DNA of 64,000 bases from Cheilinus undulatus (GCF_018320785.1 NC_054879.1:26520546-26584545); one strand, 5' to 3'; shown: positions 50,629-63,722, counted from the stretch's first letter. A program made the numbers and translations. Notes: generated by a model from the letters alone, not told the origin.

Positions 50629-51597
50629 TAAGACGTAGCGTTAGTTCATTAAGGACATGGAAGTCATATGCCCAGCTGTGATCAGCTGATGGCCTGCTGA
50701 TCCCAATTATCATTTTCTAGCCGTCTGCTTTATAGTCTAAACTTTTTTTTGCACCCTCATATTCTGTTTGATGCTACTACTACAAACTAATCTTCACTGA
50801 TTCAATATGCATTGCCATAGATGTATCTAGCTTTATGGGGGTTTCTAGTTATGTGCTCCCTGAAAAGTCAAAGCATGCTGCTTGACTAACCCAGGTAGCA
50901 TCTTTTTGAGCAGAACCTTCTCCACCAAGTAAAACTGCATACCCCTTATGCAAATTAAATGTACGATGAGGGTGTTCCCGACTGAAAAACTTCAGATCCT
51001 GCAATTAAGACAGATGTATTCGAGTGATGCATGATATTGGATTTTTGCCAATATCCAAATTCCTGATTTTCTTTTCCATCATCACTTTGGCCTCACTGGG
51101 TTATGCCAAGCTGTGTCACGAATCGTCCTGGTCTGGAGCTGAGCCCAAGCATGCCAGCCCTGCCTCCAGACATGCTTTGGTCACAACCATGCACCAAATA
51201 AAATACATGCCGGACTACTAAGAAGGAGAAACTTTAAGTAAAAGCAATGGCCAACTCTTAAACAAAACAATGCTTACTGAGAACAAAAATGTTTGTTTCT
51301 ATTGATACTATTTATCATTTTAAGCTAATATCTGCCTTTGCTGATGTTATGAGCACACTAACATTTAGGTCTGTTTACAGTATGCAGTGTATATTGTCCA
51401 AGTATGTAGCTGTCACTAACTGAATATGTGGTTTCCAACACACCTTATTTTAAAAAGGACAAAAGAAAGCTGATTTACTGGGCTAGCTGTCTCATGAATA
51501 TAACACCTGTTAAATATATATCTCAGTTTGATTTCTACCTTTAGTTTTCACCAGTTCTCATCAACACTGAAAGCTAATTTTTGTCTGTACAATGAAG

Positions 51598-51730
51598 GTG
51601 TGACGGCCCGTGACAACATCCTGAGGTTGGTGGCGACCCTGCTGGTTCTACAGTTAATGAGGGTGGAGAAGCTGGAGGAAGGAAAACTTCTCCGCACCCT
51701 CTTCAGTCTGTACGACTCATCTCAGCCCAG
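51598..51730 (+). CDS. parp4: PARP4 exon (C-terminal MVP-interaction region): GVTARDNILRLVATLLVLQLMRVEKLEEGKLLRTLFSLYDSSQP
   Basis: Acceptor aatgaAG, donor cccag|GTCTGT. Matches human GVKGRECLLDLIATMLVLQFIRTRLEKEGIVFKSLMKMDDPSISR. Confidence 0.87.
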
Positions 51731-54122
51731 GTCTGTTCAAACCTGAAAAAAATGTGTATAAATAGTGTGTCATGATGTTTAATTCCTCACTGAATCTAAA
51801 CAGAATTGTGTCAGCCCCATTTAAGTGGGATTCAGTTAGTTAATGTGGTGTCTGTAGCAGCAAGAAGTTGTTGAAAAATGCTCAATATAATGTTTTTAGA
51901 ATTGAACATAAAGGCTTGAATATTGAGAAGAAAATCTCCCCTGTTAAAGGAAGAACTACAAATACAAGCACAATAATTTTTGTATGTATAGGAAGTCATT
52001 TTTAAACTTGACTTTTGTTAACCCCAAGTTTTCGTGAGAGAAAAAGAAGATTACTGTCAGAACTGTGCAAATACTTTTGCAACCCTCCTTCCTCTACAGC
52101 CACTTGAGGTGATTGCGTTTCCACAAAGATGACCACACCTTACCGACAGTTCTGTCTGTCAAAGGTGGAAACATATGAAATACTTACCATCCACAGTTAT
52201 AATATATAATATAAAGCGCTTTAAAAGCTCAGTTAGAAGGCGGGCTCAAGTCGAGCCAGATTTGCACTCAGACATAATACACATCTTCACTTTCTGATTG
52301 GTTATATACTGTATGTTACATGTGTGGCCAGTTTTGCTGTCAAGAATTGCACAAAATTCCCGGTTGTATTTGTTGTGGTTTAATGATGCTCACTGTCAGA
52401 TTGTATGTGCATTTTTAGGCTTTATTATAAGCATAAATATTAGGTTATATTTATAAAACATGGAATTTCTCTGTTTATACATTGCTTTACTGTATTTTTT
52501 TTAAGCAACATCTACCAGAGACATCAGATGTTAATTATCCACTTGCTTTTATCTGGCATATTTACACTGTCTGGTCCTCTACTAGTATAGCTCATCTGCA
52601 GTCACATGATATTCTTCTGGTGATGATGGGGGAAGTAAATGTAGAACAACAGTCAAGGATCAATGGGAATGGAGGAAAGTTAGTATGTTGAAGCTCTAGG
52701 TGGACCTGTATGCTGCAGTTATCATCAGAACATTTCTACATACATCAGGTATGATCCCTAGACCAGTGTTTCCCAACCATTTTTCCTTGAAGCCCCCCCT
52801 ACATGCACCTAAGAAAAGCAGAGCCCCCCCAGGACCCAAAAGTGAAGAAAAAGTGACACACTGACACCAAAAATCAACAAAGATTTGAATTGTTTCAATG
52901 ATAAAACCCTAAAAAAAGGCCTATGAATGTTTTTATTATCTAAAGACCTTTGCATAAACTACTTACTAACTATTTTATCAAGGTTTTAGTCAATATTTGC
53001 ACATCTATTTTTGGCAGCCTCAAAGCAGACAAAGCCTCACGCCCCCCCTTGAGATCTTTGCCTAGACTTTATAAAAAAATGGGATTTTTCTAATGTGTTA
53101 TCCAATTTACCTGGAGTGGATATGATTAATGTAACAGATGATACCTCTATGATATCTAGCTAGATGAAGGAAGACAAGTCTTCAGCAGTCCCTTTAACAG
53201 CTTTTCTCCCTTGTGTTTCCATAAATACACTTTAAATGGAAACACTGGTATACCATTATGCAAATAAACTTCATGGGGTAAGTGACCGAGTGATGGTTTG
53301 TCCTTCACAAACAAGCTGGTTTAGAATGACAGGAGCTGAGGGAGCCAGTTTCCTTTTTTCCATTTTTGATTTTATTTAATGCACATTAAAAAAAAGTCAA
53401 ACTGAGACTGCATCAAGAGCCATTTGGGAGACAGTAAACTGGCTTTTATTCCAGAGCTGAGCGAAATAATCCAAACCTTTAAAAGAGATTTCCCAGTGTA
53501 GTGAAAGAGGCTTGACAGACATCAGCTTAGAAATGCAAGCCGGATCAGGATTTACTGAACTAAACCAGCCCACTTGGTGGAAACTAACCACACACAGATG
53601 TCTGACACCACTCCTCCAGAAGGTAGATGGAGGCTTTTTTTCCATGTCTGCCACTATTCCTCTGCGAGCTTTTAAAGTTTTTCCTGAATATGTCAATACT
53701 TTGGGGACTCAAAAAATAAGCACAAAGGTTTTTTGTTTTTTTTTTCTAGCATCTTGCTGAGTTACAGAGCCATTAGCAGCCTAGAAACTTTGTTGTTTGG
53801 TAGAGCTTCTCCATGCAAATATTACTTCCTTTCCCACATCTGAGGTTTTTTGCTGGGACATGATGTCATCTGCATATAACCCTTTGTTCAATTATGCTTT
53901 TTCTCTTTTAAATATACAGTATTATTCAACCATTTCAGAACTTAACTGCCATTGTATTTGTGCTATGTAGCCAGCGTTGATGAGTTTTCAAGCAGTTTTT
54001 GTGATTAAAATTTAAAAAATAATAAAGGTATTGATAGTAGAACATTAAAGCTTAAAATATGGGTTCATAAGGGCCCAACTCACCATACTCTTCCATTTTT
54101 GATAACTTCTGTTTCCCTCTAG

Positions 54123-54330
54123 GTCCAAGCGCTGGGAGGCGTTAAAGAAGGCAGTGGACTGGGTTTGCTGGGCTGATCGTCAGTACCCCTGCATCTACAG
54201 CCGGCTGGAGTTTGGTTTGAGCTGGGAATCCTCCACCCGTCAGCTGCTGGGATACGAAGCCCTCCCTCCCTTCTCTCCCCTCACCGGTCTGAACCTGCAG
54301 AAGACCCCTGTCCCTCTGCTTGTCCACTGA
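54123..54330 (+). CDS. parp4: PARP4 terminal coding exon: RSKRWEALKKAVDWVCWADRQYPCIYSRLEFGLSWESSTRQLLGYEALPPFSPLTGLNLQKTPVPLLVH*
   Basis: Acceptor ccctctAG, TGA stop at 54328-54330. Matches human NIPWAFEAIKQASEWVRRTEGQYPSICPRLELGNDWDSATKQLLGLQPISTVSPLHRVL. Confidence 0.87.
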
Positions 54331-54710
54331 GCTGGCTGACATAATGGATGCAGGACCAGAAGAGTTAGAGAAATCAAACCTTTTTGCTTTTTTCTGGGAT
54401 TGGATTTTTAGATTGTTTCTAACTTTGATATCCAACTTTTTTTTTAAAGCACTTTGACCCATGGCTTTGGATTCACTTGCACTTACGTAGTCTGATTGTT
54501 GCTGTATATGTTTTATTTTGTTGCATATCAAACAGCTTTTAACAGAAGTACTGTAGGCGAAGTTAATGTATGAAGAAAGCATACCCTCGTTTACGAATGT
54601 CCTTATTCAACATTGAGTGAACATTCAGCTCAGACATGAAGCACTTTTTTTGGTTTTGTAGAAAGTCCTGTTGAGTGATCAATCTGTTTGAATTTTCAAG
54701 CCTTTCGATC

Positions 54711-54807
54711 ATTTTTTTTCTTTTTCTTTTTTTTTTTTTTTTTTTTTTTTACGATTATTGAACTTTAGTTAGTGTTTTTTCCAGGCAAACCCAAATTTAA
54801 GGGTTCC

Positions 54808-54838
<31 letters not shown>

Positions 54839-54897
54839 TACGATTATTGAACTTTAGTTAGTGTTTTTTCCAGGCAAACCCAAATTTAAGGGTTCCA
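54711..54897. repeat. Tandem duplication (2 x ~95 bp) with poly(T) heads in the PARP4 3' region
   Basis: The unit T(20-30)ACGATTATTGAACTTTAGTTAGTGTTTTTTCCAGGCAAACCCAAATTTAAGGGTTCCAT occurs twice head-to-tail. Confidence 0.85.
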
Positions 54898-55128
54898 TGA
54901 AATCAAATGTTTAAGTTCTTCTGTGGTATATGTTTTTTAGGGAAACGCTCTTCCACTTCCTTTTTTTGTTCAACGCTTATGTAAAAAATACCCCTTTGAT
55001 AGGTCTATAGCAGACTGGATTCCTGTTTTGGTTTATTGAAGACACCCATGGAAGGTCTGATGATCTTTGTCTTATCTTTCCTTACATTTCCTCTTAAATT
55101 ACTCCTCTGCTCATCTGGGACAAACAAC

Positions 55129-55134
55129 AATAAA
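55129..55134 (+). promoter_or_regulatory. parp4: Candidate polyadenylation signal (AATAAA) for PARP4
   Basis: This is the first canonical AATAAA after the stop that lies within plausible 3'UTR distance. Another lies near 55612. It is not verifiable without transcript data. Confidence 0.25.
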
Positions 55135-56640
55135 ATACTCCAATAACAGAAAAAAATAGAATGTTTGTCTACTTGGGCCTCTGGTCTCAGACTTTTTGCT
55201 TTAGATTTTTTAAGGCACACTTTCGTGACCCAGTTTTTTGTCCTGAACTACAAGTCGAGATGTAGTGATCTAGAAAACAAGTGTTTCTGAGGAGGAACAT
55301 GAAGAAAATGCAGTTTTAGGATAAGATGACTTCCTTTCTTACTTCCCTTCACTGTCAGAAGTTTTAAAGTGTTGAATGGTGATAACATTTTATGTTTATT
55401 TTCAGACGACTTCTGCTTGGTCAGGGCTTTTTGTGACCTATTTTGAGTCTTTGCTGGTCAAGGTGGTTTGCTTGGAAATTAGATTAAATGATTAAAATTA
55501 CATTAGACAATCATATACAACACAGTGAAATTATACAGCTTTGACATGTGTGACTTGTTTTCTCTTTTATGGTTTGAAAGGTTAAATGTGTGATTCTGTG
55601 GAATCAGGACAAAATAAAGTCCTCTTAAATGTTCCTGTTGTGGTGTTTTCACTCTGAGTTAAACATGAATCTTCATTTAAATTACAACCTAATGCAGCGG
55701 TACTCTACTAAATCCAAAGATAGGTTCAATCTTCTATCCTGATATCTGCTCGATCTGCCATTTCAAAAGGTAGCTATTAAGGAGAAACCCAAATACAAAG
55801 CTTGGAACGTCATGACCGATATGTTGTTTACAAGTCGAGATAAGGTGCTGGCATATAAAATAAGATATTTATAACAGCAGTTAAAGGTCAGGATATGATC
55901 ATGTCACAAGTGATGCCTGAAGTTTTGTTCCTGTTGCACAAGTTAAGTATTAATATCTGGAATCTGGTTTGGCACAACAAGAGAGATGGAAGAAATGTGA
56001 AAAAGACAATTAACTTTGATATGTGTTATATTAAACTGGTGATCCGCCGGTCCATTAAGTGACCAGTACTTTAACTGCGGACATCATTTTGAATACATTG
56101 CATAGAGCAAAATGGCCTATTATTATACTGTAAAACACACTTGATGGCTATATAAGCTTACATTTTGACTTGAGGGCTTTTATTTTGAAATGCTCACCTT
56201 TCGCAATGAGATGCATGACTTACTTTTCCCTAAGTATTTCAATAACACAAGAAAAAATAATGGAATTGAAAAAAACAAAAATTGGCCCCCTTTTAAAAAT
56301 GTTATTGGTTGTTCTATTATTGTCACATAAATGAAAAAAAATATCAAAAAACGACAAGTCCTTTCCTTCCATTTTCTATCAAAAACAAAAAAAACTGACG
56401 AAACAAGAGTTTCTGACAATTTTTGAGTCTGGTTTCAACCAGAAACCACACGGACCCATGATGCAATAGGTTTGATGTTTCCATTTGTCCAGTCAGTACT
56501 TTTGTCTGTATGATGAAGGTGTCCAGTTTGTTTGGGTTTTTTGTTGTTGTTTTTTTGTGTTGTTTTTTTTTTTGTTGTTGTTGTTTTTTTTACTTATCAG
56601 TTAACATAGTAATATTTTTTTAATATTTTTAAGTACAACC

Positions 56641-57570
56641 AAAGTCCATCCATCTATCCATCCATCCATCTTCTTCTGCTTATCCTGGGCTGGGTCGCGG
56701 GGGTAGCAGGTTAAGCAAGTCCACCAAGACCTCTCTTTCCCCAGCGACACTTTCCAAGTCTTTCCGGGGAATACCGAAGCGCTCCCAGACCAGACAGGAT
56801 ATGTAATCCCTCCAGCACATTCAGGGTACCCCGAGGTCTCCTCCCAGACAGACATACCCAGAATACCTCCATGGGGAGGCGACCAGGAGGCATCCTGATC
56901 AGATGCCTGAACCACCTCAACTGGGTCTTTTCAATGCAAAGGAGCAGCAGCTGTACTCTAGCCCCCTCCAGATGTCTGAACACCTCACCCTATCTCTAAG
57001 GCTGAGCCCAGCCACCCTGTGGAGGGAACTCGTTTCGGCTGCCTGAATCCATGATCTCATTCCTTCGGTCATTACCAGGAGTTCATAACCATAGGTGAGG
57101 GTTGGAGGGTAGATCGACTGACAAACTGAGAGCTTTGCTCCTTGGCTCAGCTCCCTCTTCACCACAATGGTCCGGCACAATGCCCGGAGTACTGCTGTGG
57201 CTGCCCCAATCCGCCTTTCAACCTTTTCCCCTCACTCTTGAATAAGACCCCAAGATACCTCAACTCCTTCACCTGAGGCAGACTCATTCCCCTCCCAGAG
57301 AAGGCAATCCATCGTTTTCCTGCAGAGAACCATGCCCTCAGATTTTGGAGGTGTTGACTCTCGTCCTGACCACTTCGCACTCAGCCACAAACCGTCCCAA
57401 TGCCTGCTGGAGGTCCCCAGCTGAGGATGCCAACAGAACCACATTATCTGCAAGAAGCAGAGATGAAATTCTGAGTTCCCTGAACCAGACCCCCCACCCC
57501 CGGCTGTGCCTTGAGATCCTGTCCATGAAAATCACAACCAGAATCGAAGACGAGGGGCAGCCCTGGTGGA
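56641..57570 (-). mobile_element. LINE (non-LTR) 3' fragment: RT C-terminal region plus conserved tail, same family as 23885
   Basis: Minus ORFs encode ...ILVVIFMDRISRHS..LLLADNVVLLASSAGDLQQALGRFVAECE... and VAGLSLRDRVRCSDIWRGL..KTQLRWFRHLIRMPPGRLPMEVF. The 3' end carries (CCAT)n and ...gcttatcctgggctgggtcgcggggg. Confidence 0.8.
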
Positions 57571-57574
57571 AGCC

Positions 57575-57575
<1 letters not shown>

Positions 57576-57606
<31 letters not shown>
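57576..57606. repeat. (CA)n microsatellite
   Basis: acacacacacacacacacacacacacacaca, next to or inside the LINE fragment. Confidence 0.9.
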
Positions 57607-57609
<3 letters not shown>

Positions 57610-58026
57610 CAAGGGGCTTCAAGGACACTCCCTGCAGACAACCAATGTACACCAGTTATTTCTTTATTAACCAGCACATAACAGATAAATGTAACTGATA
57701 CACTTTCTTCCAAAAAGAGAAAACATAGAGTTCTTACAGATCTTTTACATTACAATAATAATGACTTTCATGTAGAGCAGCAATTATATTTTTAATAGCT
57801 GATAAGTTGGCAGCAACACATCTAGAGAGGGCCATGATTACCTCTTTTCTTTTAACAAAAGCCTATAAACAGTGTATATCACCACAACATCACCATGTGT
57901 TTCATGTCAACTGGAAAGTAAGCATAAAGGCTGTGTGTGTCAACATGCCTCAGATGATAACCAGGTGTGGCATATTTCCTGTGGTTTCCTGTCAGGTTCT
58001 GTGGTACATGCTCAGTCATCACCTTA

Positions 58027-58054
<28 letters not shown>
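58027..58054. repeat. poly(T) tract about 110 bp upstream of the lectin ATG
   Basis: A run of 28 T. Confidence 0.9.
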
Positions 58055-58057
<3 letters not shown>

Positions 58058-58161
58058 TCTGAAACTTCTAACTTCCTCATTGGTCAGAAAATAATTCTGA
58101 ACATCAGCATCCACAGTAAATTCAGCAGACAGGACCTTTAAAGAAACAGAAAAAGGCAGCA

Positions 58162-58240
58162 ATGGCAGAAATGCAGGAAATCTACGCCAATATTGAAGAT
58201 GAAATACTTGACTATGGAAAGCCTCGGACCATTCAGACAA
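58162..58240 (+). CDS. Type II C-type lectin (CLEC4/CD209-like) exon 1, cytoplasmic tail: MAEMQEIYANIEDEILDYGKPRTIQT
   Basis: ATG in Kozak context (agcaATGg), donor acaa|GTAAGT, exit phase 1. This is the N-terminus of a four-exon series ending in a C-type lectin domain. Confidence 0.7.
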
Positions 58241-58330
58241 GTAAGTTTGTTCACTTTGACTGAGCTATTCAAGAACAGGTACTACCATTCAGGATTATAA
58301 TCTACCTTAAATGGTTCGGTCTGTGTTCAG

Positions 58331-58432
58331 GTCCTGAGAGCTCACAAAAAACATTTTACGGCCCTATTGCTCTTTTTCTGGGACTGCTAAATGTTCTCCT
58401 GCTGGCTGGGATCATCGTCCTCGGCTTCCTCT
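58331..58432 (+). CDS. C-type lectin exon 2, transmembrane segment: SPESSQKTFYGPIALFLGLLNVLLLAGIIVLGFL
   Basis: Acceptor tgttcAG, donor ctct|GTGAGT, phase 1 in and out. A 23-residue hydrophobic stretch makes a type II signal-anchor. Confidence 0.75.
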
Positions 58433-58737
58433 GTGAGTCAGTTTTACTTACTTTAAACTTTTGCAGGTTGTCAAGTCAAGATTTGCTCAAAAATATTCAC
58501 AGGAGAAGATAATCAAGTGTTCAAATAAAGAAACTAGCAGTGTTTTGATTTCTCAGCTGTTTACATTAGACTCATATAATTTAGTGATTTCTTTTACTTT
58601 CATTCAAAAATAAATCTGTTTTGTTGCAAATGCAAACACTGTGCTGAAAGTATAAATGCTGCTCAGGTTCGTCCACCTCTGCTGCTTATTTCTTGTTATG
58701 CACTGAAGACTGCTAAAAAAAAAGTGTATTCACCACC

Positions 58738-59160
58738 CTAGTTCCAAAAAAGCTGGGGCACTGTGTAGAATGTAAGAAAAACAGAATGAAATGATTTTCA
58801 AATCTAATGTTATCTCATATTAGACTTTGAAAATGAAACATTTTACTATTTCATGGAAAATTTTGATGGCAGCATCACATCTCAAAAAAGTAGGGACAGG
58901 GCCATGTTTACCATTGCGTATCATCTCCTCTTCCTTTAACAGTAGTCTGTAAACGTCTAGGAAATGAGGTGACCGGTTGCTGAGTTTTGGGAGAAAATGT
59001 TGTCCCATTCTTGTCTGATGTAGGATTCTAGCTGCTTCATAGTCCTGGGTCTTCTTTGGCAAATTGTTCTATGGTGGTTTTCTGTTGGTGAAAGGTCTGG
59101 CCTGCCAGCACTCACACAGTGAAGCCATGCTGTTGCGATGGATGCAGTATATGGTTTACA
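58738..59160. mobile_element. Tc1-like family A terminal fragment
   Basis: cctagttccaaaaaagctggggcactgtgtagaatg followed by about 400 bp colinear with the family A terminal regions at 30690 and 43151. No transposase body. Confidence 0.6.
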
Positions 59161-59270
59161 GGGTATATACAGAAAATCTGACATAAGGTTAATACTTTTA
59201 AGGCCCTTTTCAAGACCCTCTTCTTACATTCTAAGACTCTATAACATCTTTAATTTATAATCTACTACAT

Positions 59271-60445
59271 TAACCCTCAGGCATCATAGGGGCATTTTTC
59301 TCCATTTGGCCAAGTTTTTCCTCTTTCTCTGCTCACCATTTTGGCTGTGTTAGTGCATATGGTCTCATTTTTTGCAACAAAGTTTCTTTCTGGTCAAATT
59401 TTTGAATTCTAATTTCAATTGCTCTAACAGGTTAGGGGAACACAGTGAAACAAATTTACTATCCTTTAAAGCCATTAAGGACAAAAATGTCCACTTCCAA
59501 AAAACTGCTGTAAAAACTTAACAGATTCATATTGTTTTCTGCTTTTTTTGCATAAATCTCTTAAAGAACTTCAGCTGTGCTCCAAACTACCAAATATTCA
59601 GTGATTTTGAGGATTTTAACCCTTAAAATGCCAGTTTGATTACTTAAAGTCAATGTTGTTTTTTATGAGAAAAAAAAAGCAAAAAAAAAGGGATATCTTC
59701 CTCAGACCAAATGTTAGATGGCTGGGGCATTATTTCTAAATCCAGCATGGACATGTCAATGATTAGCTAAAATATTGACTTTGATGCATTTTTAGATTTT
59801 GTGTAGCATTCCATTTGAAATTCACTACCCTTTCAAGTCAACATGGACAAAAACAGCAATAAAAATAGTATACATTAATATTTTTTTCTGCTTTATTTTG
59901 GTCGAATCTTTTGATCAACTTCAGTTCTACTTAAAACAATCCATTACTGAATAATTTTCAGGATTTTAACCCTTTAAATACCAGTTTGATCACAGGTGGT
60001 CATATTTTTTCTAAAAAGAACACAAAACAGTAATTATTTTTCAGAAAACTTAGCTGGGGGGTAGGGGGGTGTTTTTTAAATCAGTCCTGGGTGTTTCAAA
60101 CATTAGGCAAAATATTGACTTTGATTCATTATTAGTTTTTATGTAGCATCCGATTCAAAATTTACTACCCTTTCGAGTCACTTGTGGACAACAACATCCA
60201 ATTGACTCCCATTCGACCAACATTTTTTGATCTTAAAGTAATCAAACTGGCATTTAAAGGGTTAAAATCCTCAAAAAGATTGAATGTTTGGTAGTTTTGA
60301 GCACAGCTGAAGTTGTTTCAGAGATGTATGTTAAAAAGCAGAAAAATATGAACCTGTTAAGTTTTTACAGCAGTTTTTTGGAAGTGGACATTTTTGTCCC
60401 TAATGGCTTTAAAGGGTAGTAAATTAAAGAAATGCCTGAGGGTTA
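59271..60445. mobile_element. Foldback-like composite element: ~370-bp inverted arms around a partial direct copy
   Basis: Arm 59271-59650 (taaccctcaggcat...ccctttaaagccattaaggac...) is reverse-complemented at 60100-60445 (...gtccctaatggctttaaagggtag...atgcctgagggtta). The middle, 59780-60010, holds a third partial copy in direct orientation. The same core also occurs at about 5130-5220. Confidence 0.6.
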
Positions 60446-60774
60446 AAAAAACAGACCTATGTAGATTTTTTGTGCTGACAGTAAGACTAGGAAGTGACAA
60501 CAAAGAAAATTCAGGAGGATTTCTTGTTATAGTATGTTAATTAGATTTTTTGGTGGAAGTTTTAGACGAGACTATGAGAAAAAAAAACCTTACATCGGTA
60601 GCGGACATGGAAGGTCCTCATGTATACTTAAGCTGCCTAAAAGTAGTTCTATCAAAATCTATAAGTACCGACAATATTTACAAGCTTTTCACTGCACTTA
60701 AAGTTAAGAAGTAGAACAGCATTTAGGTTTTAGGAACAAAAATATAAGGTATAATTATAATTACATTTTAACTA

Positions 60775-61647
60775 ATGCAGCCCCTTACCATCACAGAAGC
60801 AGAGATGGGATAACAAGCTGGATAGTCCCTCTCCTCTTCAGTCCACAGGCCAAAAAGAAGTTCAAATTTTGATTCATCTGACCACTGAACAGTTTTCCAT
60901 TTTGCCTCAGTCAATTTTCAATGAGCATTGACTCAGAGAAGATGGCAGCATTTCTGGATCATGCTCACATAAACACACACACAAACATGTTCACACAGTT
61001 TGGTAAACTGTGTTGAAAGACAGTGATTTCTGGAAGTGTTCTTGGGCCCATGCAGTGATTTTCCAGTACAGAATCATGCCTGTTTTAATGCAGTGCCACC
61101 TGAGCGCCCGAAAATCACAAGCATCTGACCTTTGGCCTTCTCCTTGCTGCACACAGATCTATCCAGATTCTCTGAATCTTTTGATGATATTATGGACTGT
61201 TAATTATTAGGTATTCAAAGTCTTCTCAATTTATATTGAGAAACATTTTTCTGTTATTGTTCCACAGTTTTTAGATGCAGTTTTTTTGCAGATGGGTGAG
61301 CCACTGCCCATCTTTACTTCTGAGTGACTCTGCCTCTAAATGCTCCTTTTATACCTTATAACCTAATTAGTTGCAAAATGCTTATCCAGCTGTTATTCAT
61401 GAGTACTGCTCACTCTTCCATCCTTCTCTTGTCCTGTCCTTACTATTTTGAGATGTATTGCTACCATCAAATTCAAATTGAGCTAGTATTTTTCATGAAC
61501 TGTTAAATGTCTCAGTTTTAACATCTGATTGGTTGTTTATGTTTCATTGTGGTTAAAATACTGGTTAATTAGATTTGCAAATGCAATGATTTGTTTATAT
61601 TTACATTCTGCACAGAGCCCCAATATTTTTGGAAATGGGGTTGCTCT
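60775..61647 (-). mobile_element. Tc1-like family A copy (5'-truncated)
   Basis: Colinear with 43800-44650, including minus ORF-like ..AQEH.. at 61010-61210. Right terminus cattctgcacagagccccaatatttttggaaatggggttg. Confidence 0.65.
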
Positions 61648-62104
61648 AAAGATGTGATCACTGACCAGTGAACCAACATTTTATTTTTTAAGATACATTT
61701 TTTTGCAGTGTAAATCAGGAAGGGCTCTCTTAACAGCCCGTCTCCCTCTTTGTGTAAAATGTATCCATGAAGCCAAAGTGATGGTTATGTTTCAGTAAAT
61801 ACACCGCATAGGGAACAGGGTTTTTAAGGAACTTGATTCAGAGTAAGAAATTAGAAGCAGAGAAGTCAGAGGTGTGCATCATCTGTCATTATTGTTTTGA
61901 CTGAGAGCCCCCTGATGGTGGAAGTACATATTGTGAATATAAACTTCCACAGTTTAAGTGATGTTAAAAATGCTGTACAAGCATTTTTAACATTTTACCC
62001 TAGCCAGGAAAAGTGTTGAAAATATTTAGACTTGAAGAAACATAACGTAAGATGCACGCAGTTCTTTATTGTTAATAAAACATTTTTTCTTTGAATTATT
62101 TCAG

Positions 62105-62278
62105 ACTCAGCTCGTCATTCATCTGCAGAGCTCTCCACCATCAAAGCCAATCTAACCGACCGCCTCCGGGCCACAGATCAGCAGCTGTCCTTACTGACTG
62201 AACAGAGGGACCTTCTGAATGTCAGCCTCACCAACACGAGGAGAGAGATGGAGAAGCTTCAGAGTTTGTCCAAACAGA
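62105..62278 (+). CDS. C-type lectin exon 3, coiled-coil neck: YSARHSSAELSTIKANLTDRLRATDQQLSLLTEQRDLLNVSLTNTRREMEKLQSLSKQ
   Basis: Acceptor tatttcAG, donor caga|GTGAGT, phase 1/1. Heptad-like leucine spacing and N-glycosylation sequons (NLT, NVS) are typical of CD209/CLEC4 necks. Confidence 0.7.
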
Positions 62279-62839
62279 GTGAGTTTTCTGCTGACCACAG
62301 TGTCATTATTCAGAACATAGGCAATTTTACATTTAAACACCAACAGAACATTTTAGAAGGCTTAGCTTTCCCAAGTCGTATGCACCCGCCATCACTGGGT
62401 GGGCATACAGTCCAGAGCCCTGTTTGGGACTCTTTTCTTAATCCCACTGGATTTCTGACCATAACCGCCCATTCCTACAGTGCAAGCTTTCCACTCCCAT
62501 CTGCACCCACAACAGGTGTGTCATATTCCACCCGCATCCCACATGGATTCTGACAATCCAGGTTAACTATCACACAAAATGTGTTTAGCTTAAGGCAATA
62601 TTGATATGTTCTCTTAAGCACTACCCTTAAGTTTTCTCTCTGAATGAAGGAAACCCGAAGAAAACAACCACAATCCTTGTCATGTGTAACGGCAGGCTCG
62701 CCAAAAGTTTAAGCTGGGCCCCTGAAATACTCAGAGAATCCCCAGTTTTGTTCTTGTATAGTGCCTAAGCATTCCCTCATTTTGGAGGTGAAAAGTGTGT
62801 CAGACTATTAGCGGGCTCTGATGTTGGAATTGTTTATTT

Positions 62840-63260
62840 GTGGTACTTTTTAACCCATTTCACCACTTTTTCCATTCATTATTGCCACTTGGCCACTTTC
62901 AACCCATTTTTGCACATTTTACCCACTTTTGCTACTTATTTTGAATTTTTCACAAGTTTTTGCCTGTTTATGCCACTTTTATCATTGTCCCTGTATGCCA
63001 ATTAATGTCTTTTTGTCTGCTTTTTACCCATTTTGCCACTATTTAACAATTTGCCCTCTTTTTCTATTGGTTTTTGTTGCCACTTTATGCCCATGTATGC
63101 CACCATATGACCTTTTTGCCACTTTTGCCCATTTTGCAACATCTTTTTGCCACTCTTGCATATTTTAGCGGCCTTTCGTGTTTTTTTTTTCCATTTTTGT
63201 CACTTTTCACCCATTTTCACCTTCTTTTCTTGCTGCTTTTTTGCCTGTAAATGCCATTTT
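62840..63260. repeat. Third locus of the GCCACTTTT/ACCCATTTT minisatellite family (lectin gene intron)
   Basis: ttaacccatttcaccactttttccattcattattgccacttggccactttcaacccatttttgcacattttacccacttttgc... Confidence 0.75.
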
Positions 63261-63722
63261 TTTGTTGATGTTTTTTGTTTTCTGTACATTATTGACCCTA
63301 ACACATTGTGAATACATTAAACTGTCTATACTTTAAAAGGCTTACATCCTGGAGGCAGTATAAAGAAAGAAATTCTCCACTACTGCAGATATGTATGACA
63401 GTATAAGAGTCCAAAGAAACAAAAACATACAGTATTAATTAATATTTGTTTTTCTGTAGTTGTCAGGTGATATAAACATGTTGTTTTGAACAGATTGCCA
63501 TGTAGTCAGCCTTTTTTGCCGTTCAAGTCTCCATGTTGTTGCTTGACTAAAAGCTTTGTATCAGACTCCAAGTGAAATAAAAGCCTAACAATCCTGTTTA
63601 CACATCTATAAAACCCAGATCCTAGATCGAATTAGATGTTCAGGATGGTCTTGGACACAATTTTTTGTGAGTGTTTTCTTCTTTTCTGCTCTGTAATGTT
63701 ATTTTTTCATCATGTTTCACAG

